A stretch of DNA of 64,000 nt from Adineta vaga. Taxonomy: Eukaryota > Animalia > Rotifera. Below, piece after piece: positions 1 to 13,304 of the stretch; the stretch's first letter is position 1; the number at the start of each line of letters is the position of its first letter. The notes beneath the pieces were generated by a model. The model worked only from the letters and a program-made list of their open reading frames with translations. It made no database searches and was not told where the DNA came from. The position numbers and the translations under genes are program-made. The stretch covers positions 10,788,001 through 10,852,000 of the forward strand of contig CP075492.1 of assembly GCA_021613535.1 (NCBI GenBank). The letters run 5' to 3'.

Positions 1-225
1 CAACAATTCGTGGTTGACATTCACGAATATCATTCTAAGAAATTGAAACACATTATTCGATAGAATACAAAAACAAAAAGCTGTTTTTTCTATTACTTTT
101 TGAGCAGCAGCAAGTACTTTATTTAGAAAACAAAGCCATTCATAGATGAATACAGGTCGTTTATTTTCAGGCAAACTTTTAAGTGCTTCTTCATTTAAAA
201 TTAAACTTTGAGCAAGTTCAAGCAT
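1..225 (-). CDS. HEATR5B: HEAT repeat-containing protein 5 (HEATR5A/B, Laa1 family), 5' part only; gene runs off the left edge
   Basis: Manual translation from ATG 225: [47 protein letters not shown] intron, then [11 protein letters not shown]. Matches the remembered human HEATR5B N-terminus ([34 protein letters not shown]). Not in the ORF track. Confidence 0.85.
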   Translation of the reverse strand, partial: MLELAQSLILNEEALKSLPENKRPVFIYEWLCFLNKVLAAAQKVIEKTAFCFCILSNNVFQFLRMIFVNVNHELL

Positions 226-1434
226 CGATCTAGAAACGAAATTAAGTTGTCACTATGATCAGAATAGACAAATGAGATTATCGAACATCTTCTTTTCTCA
301 CTCGATGGATAGTTTAGCAGAATGGAAGAAAAAAGATGCTTTGAGAGATGTGACAACAGTCTCAATAAATACTCATCTTCTTAGAAAAATGTAGACAAAA
401 ATAAATAGCCGAGAAATGGTCTTTTATCGTAACGATTTTTCTTTCCTTCCTTCCGCTATGTTTTTTTTGTTGTATGTATTAGTCAGTTGTGTGAACTGAG
501 CTCTAGCAGATAGGTTTTTCTTTTTTTTTCTTCTCTTTTTTGTTGTTCTACCAATAGGAACAGCCGAACAACCAATAGCAGACGTCGATGAAAACAAATG
601 AATACTAACGTCATCTTTTCAATATCATGAAGACAAGTGTATATTCTCGTTCTCGTTGTAAAACAAAAATACGTGCACTGTGTAGAAACAACGGCGCAAA
701 TTACAGCGTGATATCGTTCGATTGATGGGTTAATAATGATATTTTCAAGCTCAGATCATTATATTAATGATCAATTATGTTCAACTTAAGTAAATGTATC
801 GAATTGATCAAAACAAAACTGAAACTACAACATGTGTCGAGTGTTTTATTTATAGGAAACTAATCATATGGTGATAATTTCTTTGTCTATTGATAATGAT
901 TTGTATAGAATTAGAACGATATTCATCTGAGATACTTTCTCCAACTTAGAGAATCAGTAGAACAATCGATAGATATAGATTGAATACAGATAGTGTAACT
1001 TTAAAGTATCTGAAGAAAAGAAAATTCTGTTCATGTCATTTCTATGATGCATTCTTTGGATAATTACAACCATTTTTTATGATTTATTTGTGCATAGATA
1101 TGCGTGTGTCAAACATATTGTCATAAATATCTTCTATCTGTATACTTTGCAATTTTCTTAAGGAAAAAAGAACGTCTTATTTTACATATATAATAATCAA
1201 TAGCTCTATATATAGTATAAGACGTAAATGCTATCATTTTTCTTCTTCGACAAGAAAAAATGTTTATCATTGCTTCTTTCATCTTCAGTTTCGTTTGACA
1301 TACGGTGAAAGAAATCTGATCCATCATTTCATGAAACCTAGAATGAGTTAGTCTATATGTTGTACCGTATTAATCGAGAGATAATACTGAACTTTTGATT
1401 TCATTTATTTTGACGCGAAAGAAAAAACACTTGA

Positions 1435-4400
1435 TTAAATAAGGGCAGCAGTATCAAATGAACTGAAACTATCTGGTAGTTGATGATTTCGAAATATTTC
1501 TTGTTTATTTCTGACTGTTACTGCTCCGTGTAATGATGAACTATGTTGAGAAATGGCTGCAATAGATTTCGTTTTTGAATGAATAGAAACACTTTCTGGT
1601 TCTAAATGTCGTTGTAATTGTTCATAATAGAGTGTTCGCATATTTTCAATACTAGCTCGTTCATCTGCCTAGAAAATAAAATAAAGAGAAATAGTTTTTC
1701 ACTTAAATACTACAGATTTCTTACTGTTTGAATAAGTCGTGTGACTAGAACACGTGAACTATCTGTCATTTTTCTTGAATAATTTGATTGTTGAGCTAAA
1801 CGTTCTTTTCGAGAAACGGATTGTTCAACAATTAACATGATTTTTGCCCATTGTCGTAACCATTCTTTTTTACGTTCATTCACCATCGCATATGTGTTAC
1901 CCATCACTAAATAAAACTTAATGTATCAAAACGAAATAAATATAGATGCTGTAGCATACTAGCGATCAACATATTCACCAGAAGTACAGCTGCCATAATG
2001 ATATAAGTAACAAACCATATCTGAAAGAGATTATCTGTCACATATGTACAAAAAAATTGACGAATAGACTTACTTTTCCAATGATTCGAATTCCAACAAT
2101 TGGATGTCGATTTAAATTTTCATAGGCATCCGTTACTTGTTGAAGTGTAACACAAAACATATGAAAAAAAGTTTCAATTACTGTTGCAAACTCATTTTCA
2201 CAAGCTGTTCGAACGAATAAAACATGAAGTGCTTGCGTAAAACCAAACATAAAGACAAGAAAAATTAAACAAAATCGTAATAGATCACCACGAATCATTG
2301 TATATATCATGACAACAAATGGACCGGTTGTTCGAAAACCACTTAAATACAAAGAAAAGGAAATAATTATCCATCATTATTAGAAGAAGAAAATTATCGA
2401 GCTATTTACCGACAAAAAAAGAAGAAATAAGGTGCACGTGTTAATGTTGCAAATACACAAAGAATGTCATCTGCTGCAAGTGAACAAGTAAATCGAGCTG
2501 GTAACATTGCAATTGTTAATATACATGAGAAAAGAAATAAAATTCGCGATGGATCGTTTACATAAATAAATGCATCGAGTTGAAAATTTTGATAAGAAAA
2601 TTCTTGAATTGTCATTAATAGATAAATTATTGCACCGAGTACACTTAAGCCATCACACAGATTAAGCATCTAAAAGTAAATGTCTTGAAAATTATTTGAT
2701 TTTTCTAATAAGTTTTTTTTGCTTTACTAGAGCCATGGGTTCAAAGATCCCTCTAATGTTGTTGGTATGGTCGGTATCTTTAACAAACGTACTATTTAGA
2801 ATTGTGTTGTTTTCATTATTAACAATTGGTTTATGCCATAAGAAGTTCGTATAATGACATTGACATTCACTTTTATTCGATATCACTGATTTGTACGTAT
2901 TTTCACTTTTATCAAGTTCAACTTTGTCCAAACATGCATCGGGAAGATGATAATATCCACGAAGAAGTAATCCAAGCAAGCATATACTAAAATAGAGTGT
3001 AAACATAGCCATACGTTGAAAGAATCTATAGAAAGAAAAACGTCATTAACGATGAAATGATGCAGAGAAAAAATGACTTGAATTTGATAAATGTACGCCA
3101 TTTTTCATTTAGTAGTTGAACTATTAAACCATCCATCATATCCAAATGACCAGCAGATTCCTAAAAAATTGACTCAATAGGTTTTCCTACTTCTACAATT
3201 TCTCTTACTCCTCGAACAATAATATTCAATGCACTTGTATCACTTAACGAGCCATCTTTTCCAATAGTATCAATATCAGCTAATGGATAACCAGCACATG
3301 TAACATTACCATATTGCCAATAAATCGTACGAATTTTTTGTAAGATATGATCGAACATCTAATGAAGATCCTTTTTCGTATTCAATTTAAATCGATATCC
3401 GATAAATTCTTACTTCTTTCCGTGCTTTCACTGCTGCAAGTGTCAATGGTGTTAAACCTTGTCGATTTTTTATATCTAATGATGCACCTAATTCATACAA
3501 TAGATCTACCATACTCTATAGAAATGAATTTAGAATGCTATAGAGAAAAGAAAGTTGAAACAAACAATTCGATTATAAATGACACACATATGTAGAGCAG
3601 TATTTCCATTTGAATCTTGACAATTTGTATCTGCACCTTTGGCAACTAATAATCTTACTGATTCTTCTTGTTGTAAAACAGCAGCAAATGAAAGTGCATA
3701 TTCACCAAAATAACAATAACCATCATAATTTGTGGCAACACTGACTTCTGGACATTCTTTTGTAACATTATCCACTCTAAAAATGAAAACTTTCGAAACA
3801 TCAACAAAACGAACTCTTTCGATTCTCCTACCGACTGGATTTTTGATCTTCTGGACAAAAGAATTTTCCACAACATCGTTGTGTAAAATCAACACCAGCA
3901 TCAAGAAGAAATTTCACTGTCGCTGGCTCTTCATTAACAATAGCAATATGAAGAACATTTTCACCTGAAAATTTCAGATAAAAAGAGGTTGACTCACAAT
4001 AGAAAAAGAATCTTATTTACCGTAATATTCATCAGCCATATATAGATCATCAATAAGTCTTGGATAATATCGAAGAAGTCGTTTAGCTAAAGCTGAATGA
4101 ACAGGACTTGAAGAGAGAAAACAAATATGAAGTATATGTTCTCCAACACCACCACGTAAATCCAAATCCCAACAAACATGTTTGGTATCTTCGCCTAGAT
4201 TATTTTCAAAAGAAAAATTGAAATCTATTCACTTTCTTTCTGTTACCATTGATTTGTTCTTCTTCAGCAATTTTAGCTGGTGTAACAATATTTTTCAATT
4301 TATTAAATGTATTATTTCGTCGTCGGACAATTTCACTAATCTTTATCTGAAAAATGAAGTTCATTTCAATTAAAACAATGACACTTGTTAATAATCTTAT

Positions 4401-4693
4401 TATTTACCGGTTTTCCTTCACCATCATTATAGAGAAATTTCGGCATATGCTCTCGTATAAGTGCATCGATATGTGTATAATCTTTTGTTCGATTGGCTAG
4501 GCGCATAACATCGATAAGTTCTCCACCTCCCTAAAATAAAAACTCTTCGCTCTTAGAAAAAAAAAGAAAGCAAACGCTTGATTAAATTTTAATTTACTTT
4601 AAGATCAACGAATCGATATAGTTCTGGACCTTGACCATCGGAATTGATTTGAGCTTTTACCCCCGAGGATACTTCTGATGTTGTATTACCCAT
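1435..4693 (-). CDS. nan: TRPV cation channel, Nanchung/OCR subfamily (multi-exon)
   Basis: N-terminus [30 protein letters not shown] resembles Drosophila Nanchung. Ankyrin repeats ([24 protein letters not shown]), S4-S5 segment [26 protein letters not shown] box region [15 protein letters not shown]. The 3' end (stop at 1435) is less certain. Confidence 0.88.
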
Positions 4694-5232
4694 ATTATTC
4701 TTGAGAAGAATAGACTGATGTCGATTGTGATTGAGCCGGAATATTCAATTGAATGTTTACCAATGTTGACGGAAAAAAACTGAGAAAAAGAAAAGAAATG
4801 ACAAGGAAAAGTATTGCTTATTTGCCCGTAATTGGAATAAGTGACGAAGACGTGTGAAAGTTTAATATAAAGAAGCAGAAGACGATGGAGAAAAAAACCT
4901 TTTTTACTTGTCACCTAAAAGGGTTAAAAAAAGAACAAACCAACGATCGATTAGAATTACATATTAAAGTTTGATCATAGACTCTTTCGTTTTTCTCTTT
5001 ACTTGTTCATTGATGAACTCTTGATTTTTATATTTGACTTTCTCTCTTCATTCATTATGTCAATTCATAAGTGCTTCTTCATCACTTGCCAGTTTAATTT
5101 ATAGACAAATGATTTCAATCGAAATTTTCTTATTAATTAAAAAATAAAAATACTGACAACACAAATTTGACAACAAAGAAAAGGAGAAGAAAAAAAATTG
5201 AAGAGGAAGAAGAAGAAGAATCGGAATGTAGA

Positions 5233-7874
5233 TTATGAACCGTTAGTTTGACTGGAGTATTTATACTAAAATAAAGAAAAGTAAAGAAAAAATGATCTAT
5301 TATAAGAAGAAGAAAAAAAGAAACAAACCATTTGCTCTTGTAACAATTTTATTGTTTGTTTATCTTGTTCTCTTTCTTTACGTAATAGAATTAATTCCTA
5401 AAAGATAAACAATATGATTCTTTTAAATAAATTCTCTTTATGTTTTCGTCTCATACTTTTGCTAAATCCTCGTAGGAAGAATTTTCATCAATAGAATTTG
5501 TTCGAATGTTACTACTTTCACCACCCATTCCACTCATTGACTGATGTCTAGAACTAATCATTGAATCATGAAATGAACCAATCATCGAATCCTAAAAGAA
5601 TCGTAAATGAATAGTAATGCTATTCTAAGGAACCAGATGTTCTTACGGTCATATTTGCACCATCGGAATGTTTTAATAATCGATCGAGTTGATGTAAAAT
5701 TGTTTTTACAACCATAACATCTTTCATTACTTGTCGATAGGATTCAATATCCATTGTTATTTGTTCGGCATCTTCACGTGGTGGTAAAGCAGTCGAAGGT
5801 GGTTTTAATGAAATTGATCGTGTTAAACTTTTGTTTTTTAAAGATAAACAAAACGAGTTAAATTGCAGAAAAATATGGAATTATGTATCTTACCGATGAT
5901 GATCATAATCAAAAACATTGTCCATTCGATAACTCAATCGAGTTAATTCATCAAGAGATTCTCGAACATTATTTGGAGAACGAGGATCTTTTGAATTTGA
6001 TTGCATTGGTGTTGCATTTACTTTTGTTATTGATGGTGATTTTTTATTCATTTCCAAAGATAATGAATTTGATGAACATGAATCTGTTCGATTCCTGAAG
6101 AAAAGAAAACTTATTTATAAAGATTTGTATTCGAATCGAAATTGAATTCTCTTACGTTTTACTAATGGAATCTAAAGTAAGTGTATCATCATAATCACAA
6201 ATTAAATCCTCTGATTTTAAACTACAATTATCATCATCTAATAATCCTTCTTGATTGAGAACATTCGATAGGGCTGATGATGAAGATAAGGTACTAGGAG
6301 TGCGATGTCGATATCGAGTGGTGTGAGAACGTTGTGCAGATGTTGGACGATTGGTCGGTGATTCTGTGCTCGCATAGGCAGAATCACCTTGATGAACTGA
6401 ATCCGTCGTTATATCATCATTCTAATATGAAGAAAAAACAGGATGACATGTAAAAATAAATATAAAATGAAGTTATTCTTACTTGACTTTCAATTGGAAA
6501 ACTTGCAGTATGTTCATCTGCAGATGAATTTTCATTTTTTTCTTCTTCGATTACAGTTGGTTCAATGGGTGATGATTTTATAGCATTGGTTATAGGAATA
6601 CGTCGAGTAAAGAAATTCATACGTTTTGGAGCTTTATATCGATCACGAGTTGCATTGACATCTATTTTTGATGGTAGTGCAGATGGAATCGAGGAAGAGG
6701 AATTTGAAGGTCGTGAAGATGTATTTATACGTTGACGATCAGCTGTTGCTGTTGTCGTCGATGATGGTGCATCTTTATACACACGAGGTGAAGATGATGG
6801 TGCTACTTTCGACTTCGATGCAATAGTTGTATGTAATCGTGATGATGACGTTTGAGTTTTTGTTATATGTGGTTTAGGTGTGGAATTTGCACTATTCGTT
6901 GATGACGGACTAATAGAACGACTACGAGCTTGAAGAATGGCTGCTTGTGCTTGTTGTAAGCCTGATGCTGTTGGTCGAGGTATAAAACCAAGACGTGGTT
7001 GAGCAGTAGGTTGAGAAGGTGATGGAAGCGAAGAACGATTCGATATAGACATTGGTCGAGTAGTACCTATAAAATATGAATAAAAACAATAATTACAAGA
7101 AAATAATAGTAATCAAGAGGATAAAGAGGTATTGATTCGTAAACATTCACATTTAGTCTTGTTTTTTTTCTACTCGCTGCCATTATTGTATGAGGATGCA
7201 AGAAGAAAAAACTAGTATAGAACAGGAAGAAAAAGAAAAAAAGAAAAAGAAAAAGCTCGTGGCCGTCGATGACAAGAAGGAGACTCAATTTTTTCTTTTT
7301 TGTTTAGTGAGTGAGTCATCGACTAGCACTAACTAGCTAACTCACTCTATCTAGCCCAAAGACATTCATTTCTTTCCTTTTCCTTTTCATTGTTCAACAC
7401 CAATGACTCTTACTATTATCCACAGATGAAAGAAACATATAATTGTCAGAATTTACCTGTAGTAGTAACATTTTTTGGTCTCAATGATGCTGTTGTCGAA
7501 GATGGTTGATAAACAGGTAGTCGAGTTTTAGGAACGGGAATTCGTGGTTGAGGGTGTGATGTCGAAGATGATGATGATGACATCCAACTATTTCGCTTTG
7601 AATTATTGTTATTATTTGAATTCGATGAATAGAGTTGTATTAAACTGTTTGTATCAGTTTTATAAACAATAGGTTCTAGAAAATGTGATGATTGAATATC
7701 CAAATTTGTAAATAAAGATTGTGGACGTTGAGATTGTTGTTTTGAAAGTATACTTAATGGTGAAAATGATACTTGTTTATTATCAAGGACAGGCGAATTC
7801 TTTGCTAGTGTTCGTTTATGCAGTTGTCGATGATGCTTCTTGCGATGTCTTACGCTGGATGTGCAAGCACCCAT
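5233..7874 (-). CDS. Ser/Pro-rich protein with N-terminal MGAC acylation motif and C-terminal coiled coil; CCSER1/2 (FAM190)-like
   Basis: Exons join in frame from MGACTSS (7874) through a low-complexity region to YRQVMKDVMVVKTILHQLDRLLK and ELILLRKEREQDKQTIKLLQEQM, stop at 5233. The CCSER resemblance is from memory and weak. Confidence 0.55.
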
Positions 7875-10800
7875 CGTCGAACTATATACAATAAATACAA
7901 GAGAAGAGAAAAAAAGGATACAACTAGAGAAACAGATAAAAAGAAAAGCAAGATAATATTAGCAATCGTTGTATTAATTGCTAAAAAATGTGTTTCTTTT
8001 TCTTGGTCCTTAATCAATGTTATACATACATCTTACTTGAACTTCGATTTCCTTTCTAACAAATCAACCTTCCTATGTTAATCGGGCATGTTCAAATCTC
8101 TCGAATGTTCAATGAAAAAAAAATACATACATATATATGTTACTTACATATATATTATATATAAACAGAAATCTATATTTGTATACGAAACAAATGACGA
8201 TCGCGTGATAGAAAAAAAGAAACAACGAGTAGTTACCTCAATTCCCTCATCGCTTAGCTTCACCTAATTGAAAATCGTTTATGTCAACAAGAAAAAAAAA
8301 TTGCATTTCAAATACGAAGCGCGAGATGTAACAAATTTAGTACATCAAATATATATATACATATAATCTATCACACATTTCGATTTTTGTATTTTAAAGT
8401 AACACTTATTAAATCAACAATAGCAGCAAGAAATAAATTGATACCTTGAATTTGACTATATCAAACATGTTGTTGTTATTTATCGTCGTAGAAAAATTAT
8501 CTGTTCGAAGGTAAAGATTGAATATAGTTATACATAACCAAAGATATGTCGTACGTACATTGATATGTTAACGATGAAAATTGAAACAAAGTTAAATGTT
8601 TAAAATAAAAATGTCGTCAAGTCGTCGAAATGATAAACAAAATAAAAGCGAAATGATACTATTCTAGATAGGTTTTATCTCGTGTCTAAGCCTCTGCGAA
8701 AAAGAACGAAGGAAAAAAAAGAAATAGTGAATAACAAAACAAAAACTATCATCGCAATGTGACTCAAAATAAACGAAGAGAAATGAAAACATGATTGCTT
8801 AATTATACTTCAAGATTATAACGATCGATATAATGAATGCATTGCAATTTACTAATAATTGACTGATGACGTCGATCATTTAGTTACTCAATGTATCCTT
8901 AAGAAAAAAATATTGTCCTATATGCAATGATTAACAGATATTTTTTTTGTTAAAAAAAATATGGTTCCTTCGGAGATGGATTGCACCAGCTGGTGTTTTA
9001 TGAGAAGAAATATATAGTTAGCCTTGTATTTCTATGTAAATGAACCATGAAATGAGTTTTAAAATGTAGAAATAAATAAAAGAAAAAAGAGAAAAAATAT
9101 CAGGAAAAGTCAAGATTAAATCAGATTTATCTGATGATACACCTACCTATTTCGAGTTTTTTTTAATTTAAGATGAATTTATATATTTTAACTAGAAGTT
9201 CATTGGATTAAAGATGAACAAGTGATTTGTATATTTCGATCAAATAGAAAATGTTCATTGAAACGATATCAAGATCAAAGAGCGATTTATATCAAATAAT
9301 GAGAATGTGTCAAGATATCTGTCTGTGTTTGTACAAAATATTCTTGACGTTGAATATTTTGTCTGCGAATCGAAGAGATAATAGAAATATTAATAGTAAG
9401 GAAGAGAGAAGGAAAGTACAACAAATAATGAGTTATTAATTGTAATAATAATATGAACTATCGAGGTGATATTATGACGCGAGGGCAGACGAAATGAAGG
9501 AGTGTTCGAGTGTTTGAGTGAATATATAGTTGTATGTTTGTACGTACGTGTGTATATATACACAGAGGGAGAGAGAGAGAGAAGCAATCGGTCTAACAAA
9601 ATGCGAGATATAGTGATGAAAAGGAGAAGAAAAGAAAAGGGTTGAGTATTTTGATGGTGTATATGTGAAAGTAATTAAACATGAAAACGGCAAAAAGTAA
9701 GTGTAAAATGATGGACAAAGGTCGTATATAAAGACGTGTGTGTATATCAAATGAGACAAACAAGAGTTTATCTGATGTCGAAATGTATGAAACCTCGTAA
9801 AGCTTTTATTTGTCGATAATCAGTGTAAAAAATCGTTTTTATTTAAGAGTGAGAGTAAACGAGAAAAGGGATGCAATGATACAGAAAAAAATTTGATTTC
9901 AAGGTTTAAAATTTTGCTTCACTTCTTTCTTCTCTTCGTTGATGTTTGAATTAATTAAGAAGAGGAATAATATCAGAAAAAAAATAAATTTCCTTTACTT
10001 TTCTCTTTATTGCAACGAATATATCAGATCGACATGATATTAAACAATTAGAAATGATTTTTCGACACGTTTTTATCAGATCTATGTACATAAAAATCAA
10101 TTAGATGACACATAGAGTCTGTTTTTTTTAATCATTTATCTATCAGAATATGATGTGTTGACATACCAAAAGTATCCTGATTATCAAGTAAGTATAGAAT
10201 AGAGAATTATCATATTTCGGCGTGAAATTCAAGGGGATATTATGTTTGCTTAATCACTTGCTTTACAACAGACAGAGAATATTGTGAAGGACCTGATATG
10301 TGAACAAAAATTTTCCAATTCAATCGAAAGTAAATGATTTTTTCATTAAAAATCATTGTCACTAAAATACGAAAAATTCTTATTTTTATGTCAATCATGA
10401 TGATCAACTAGGTAATCATATAATAACTAGGTGCAAACGATTTACTCTTCATATATTGTATTTAGTGTCAGATCAATTCGATTGAATCGGAATGTTGATA
10501 ATAAAGATTGTCTCTTAAAGTTTAATTATATGAAATGAAGCCTAATAAAAACAATTGTTTATAAATTGATAGACACTAACGAATTATATTTATAAAATAC
10601 TTTAATAATCTGACGTAACATGTGAATCGTAGACGGTGGTTAGATACGGTATATTTGTATAATTTTGTAGACATATACCATGCAATACCTACATTTAATC
10701 ATAATATGCACATCATATCGAACTATCGTTTTCCGTAATTGATTCAAAAACAGTCATTCATATGCCATGGCTGTTGTAAAAAAATAATGAAATGTCGATT

Positions 10801-11227
10801 CACTTTAGAATCTATTATGAATCGAACATAGTATTATTGATGAAGAGATTGCAATAGAGAGAGAGAGGACTGTCCTAATTGATAAAATGTTCTTCGTCAT
10901 ATTATTGATTTTTGTTCTGTTTTCGTTTCATGTTCGAATTGTGCATATACATACTTTTGTATGATTTGAATGAGATTAGAAATCATATTATCAATGACAC
11001 GCAATATCATCTCTAATTCATCACGTATGATTTTCAAAGAAGAAAAATCTTTTCAAATTTAATTTATACACGAATGTTTAGTTCATAGCCGACACAGAAG
11101 ATAGATAATCATATTTCTGAATTTTTTCATATAATACTATAAATAAAATTAGTTTTATTTAACAAAAATTTTTCTAATATATCAAAAGACAATGGACGGA
11201 TTACAAAATGATTCAATCAAGCATGTA

Positions 11228-12052
11228 TTATTTGGTTTTCTCTTCTTTTCTATGTTGTCGTTCTTTAGCTTTTAATTCAAATGTAACATTGACTGTTACA
11301 TGAATAGTTATTGTTTTTGCATCAAGTAAATTTTGAAAGGATGCTGTTTGACCTGGAGCAGACAGTGTTCCTTCACGTTCTTGATAACTTTCTTCAACAA
11401 TATGCACAGCTTTTGCAACATGAAGACCAACTGTTCGAGCGACATCTTCAGCAGTATGTTTAGCATTACGTACTGCTTGAACACTGGCTTGACGTCTATT
11501 AAGGAAAGAGAAAAGAGAATTATATGATTATTTGAAAACTTCAATACTTTACTTGATATTTTCTAAACGAAGTGTCGAATGAAAAAATACAGGATCAAGA
11601 ACTCGTACAATCGGTGCATCGAGTTTTTCAACTAATTGATTCTGACATTGTTGAAAACGTTGAATTTCAATAAATATTGCGCTTATTTCAGCAGTAACTT
11701 CATACATTGTATCACGACGTGTAATAGATTGAACTAAAGATTTATCTTGTTCTTTAACACCATAATTTCGAAATGTTTGTTCAATATATTTCAATCGACG
11801 TGTAACACTTGTTTTAGCTTCATTGACACTCGATTTTGTACTTGTTATAATAACAATTAATTTAATTCGATCAGGTGGAAGAGAAAATTCTCCCATACCT
11901 GATATAGTTATTTGTCGATGTGAATCAGAATCAGAAAAGATCAATGCACCACGCATTTGTTCATCTGTATAAGCACGACTTTTTGGAACAAGACCAAGAG
12001 ATTTCATCGGTCGATTCGATGTAATATAAGCGAGACTTTCTTCTCGACGCAT
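11228..12052 (-). CDS. IRAK1BP1: IRAK1-binding protein 1 / SIMPL (DUF541) domain protein, 2 exons
   Basis: RQITISGMGEFSLPPDR..AKTSVTRRLKYIEQT; second exon RRQASVQAVRNAKHTAEDVARTVG..VTVNVTFEL. This is the SIMPL-domain pattern. Confidence 0.8.
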
Positions 12053-12198
12053 AATATGTTTTGATTTCTGTATGATAATCTTGAGAGAAAAAAAAGAAGA
12101 GATTTGAATAGATGTATAGAATCAGTTGCTAACGTGAAGAATTCTTTCAGATAGAGGCAATAGCGACAGCAACCGACGATATATGATGCTTTTATGTA

Positions 12199-12221
12199 TG
12201 TGTGTGTGTGTGTGTGTGTGT
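12199..12221. repeat. (TG)n microsatellite
   Basis: About 11 TG units seen directly, between two divergent genes. Confidence 0.9.
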
Positions 12222-12468
12222 TGATAGGAGAAGAAGTTTGACAAACGGTGTAAAAGCAGAGTATAGAAGAAAGAAAAGAAGAAAAAAGAACAGGAATGAG
12301 AATGCGATGCGTTTTTTCCCCTTTTTTTCGTTGGCTAAAGAAAAGATGTTACTGCATCAATATGAAGAACAGCAAGGGTAGAACCACAAGTGAATATAGT
12401 TGACCTTCTAGGAGCAGTTAGTTCAGAAATCAACTCAGTTATCATCTATTTTCAATTTTTATGTTCAA

Positions 12469-12858
12469 ATGGTGAAATATTCGATGATGAAACGCCTTAC
12501 TCAACTGTTAGCTTCTATTCTTTTTATTATTACTGTATTAACTATTTATCTATCTTTTGACTTTCTAATCAATTCAGCAATATCAAATAAAGATATTACA
12601 GATAAACATTTACACAGACATGAAAAGCTTCCAACGACATCATCTGATTTCTTACTGACAAAATTACAGAAATTCAATGGTAATCGTGAATACAAACATG
12701 TTCTTAATCCAGAACGTCGAACACGTAGTACGAAACGAAAATTACAACGTGCCAAAATTCCTCCATTTCATAAAAGTAAAACGGGTGTAAAAATAAATCA
12801 AATCCGAAGAATGACTAAAGATCAACGAAAACATCATTTAACAACAAAAAAACATTGA
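12469..12858 (+). CDS. Orphan 129-aa protein with N-terminal signal/anchor helix and very basic C-terminus
   Basis: Intronless ORF with a hydrophobic segment LLASILFIITVLTIYLSFDFLI, an RRTR furin-type site and coding-like codon usage; divergent from IRAK1BP1. Confidence 0.6.
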   Translation: MVKYSMMKRLTQLLASILFIITVLTIYLSFDFLINSAISNKDITDKHLHRHEKLPTTSSDFLLTKLQKFNGNREYKHVLNPERRTRSTKRKLQRAKIPPFHKSKTGVKINQIRRMTKDQRKHHLTTKKH

Positions 12859-13304
12859 AATTCAATACTTGTATTCTTTTTTTGAAATAGTAAACTCTTG
12901 CATCTAATCTATTCGAATATTTAATTATATGTTCTATAAGAAAATCTTATTGTACAGGTTTTGTTTCAGATAAATTACTATTGATAGATCAAGATTCTTC
13001 AATTGTGTTCGTTTTTACAGAAACAAAACCCTGATTTGATGTCATCGATAATAATATATATATAACAAAAAAAAATAGACTAAAAATATCGTGACCAATT
13101 ACAAAAAGGAAAACACGAAAATGGATGATACGTTGAACATAAACAAGAATGACACACACACACATACAAGTACATATAAGTCTTTTGATAACGTAATTTT
13201 AGTCAGATCACAACAGATACCCGTCACCGTAGTTTTTCAATCATCCTAAACATGAGACTTTCTTTTTGTGCAACATTGGAATAAGATTATTTAAAATAAT
13301 ATTA

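Noticed and set aside
1121-1327. 68-aa ORF as an extra TRPV exon
   Set aside because: The preceding exon already ends in a stop at 1435 and the peptide has no recognisable motif. An alternative last exon cannot be excluded.
7900-11200. Short ORFs and a possible mobile element in a long intergenic region
   Set aside because: Low-complexity AT/GA-rich sequence; no transposase, terminal repeats or spliceable gene found.
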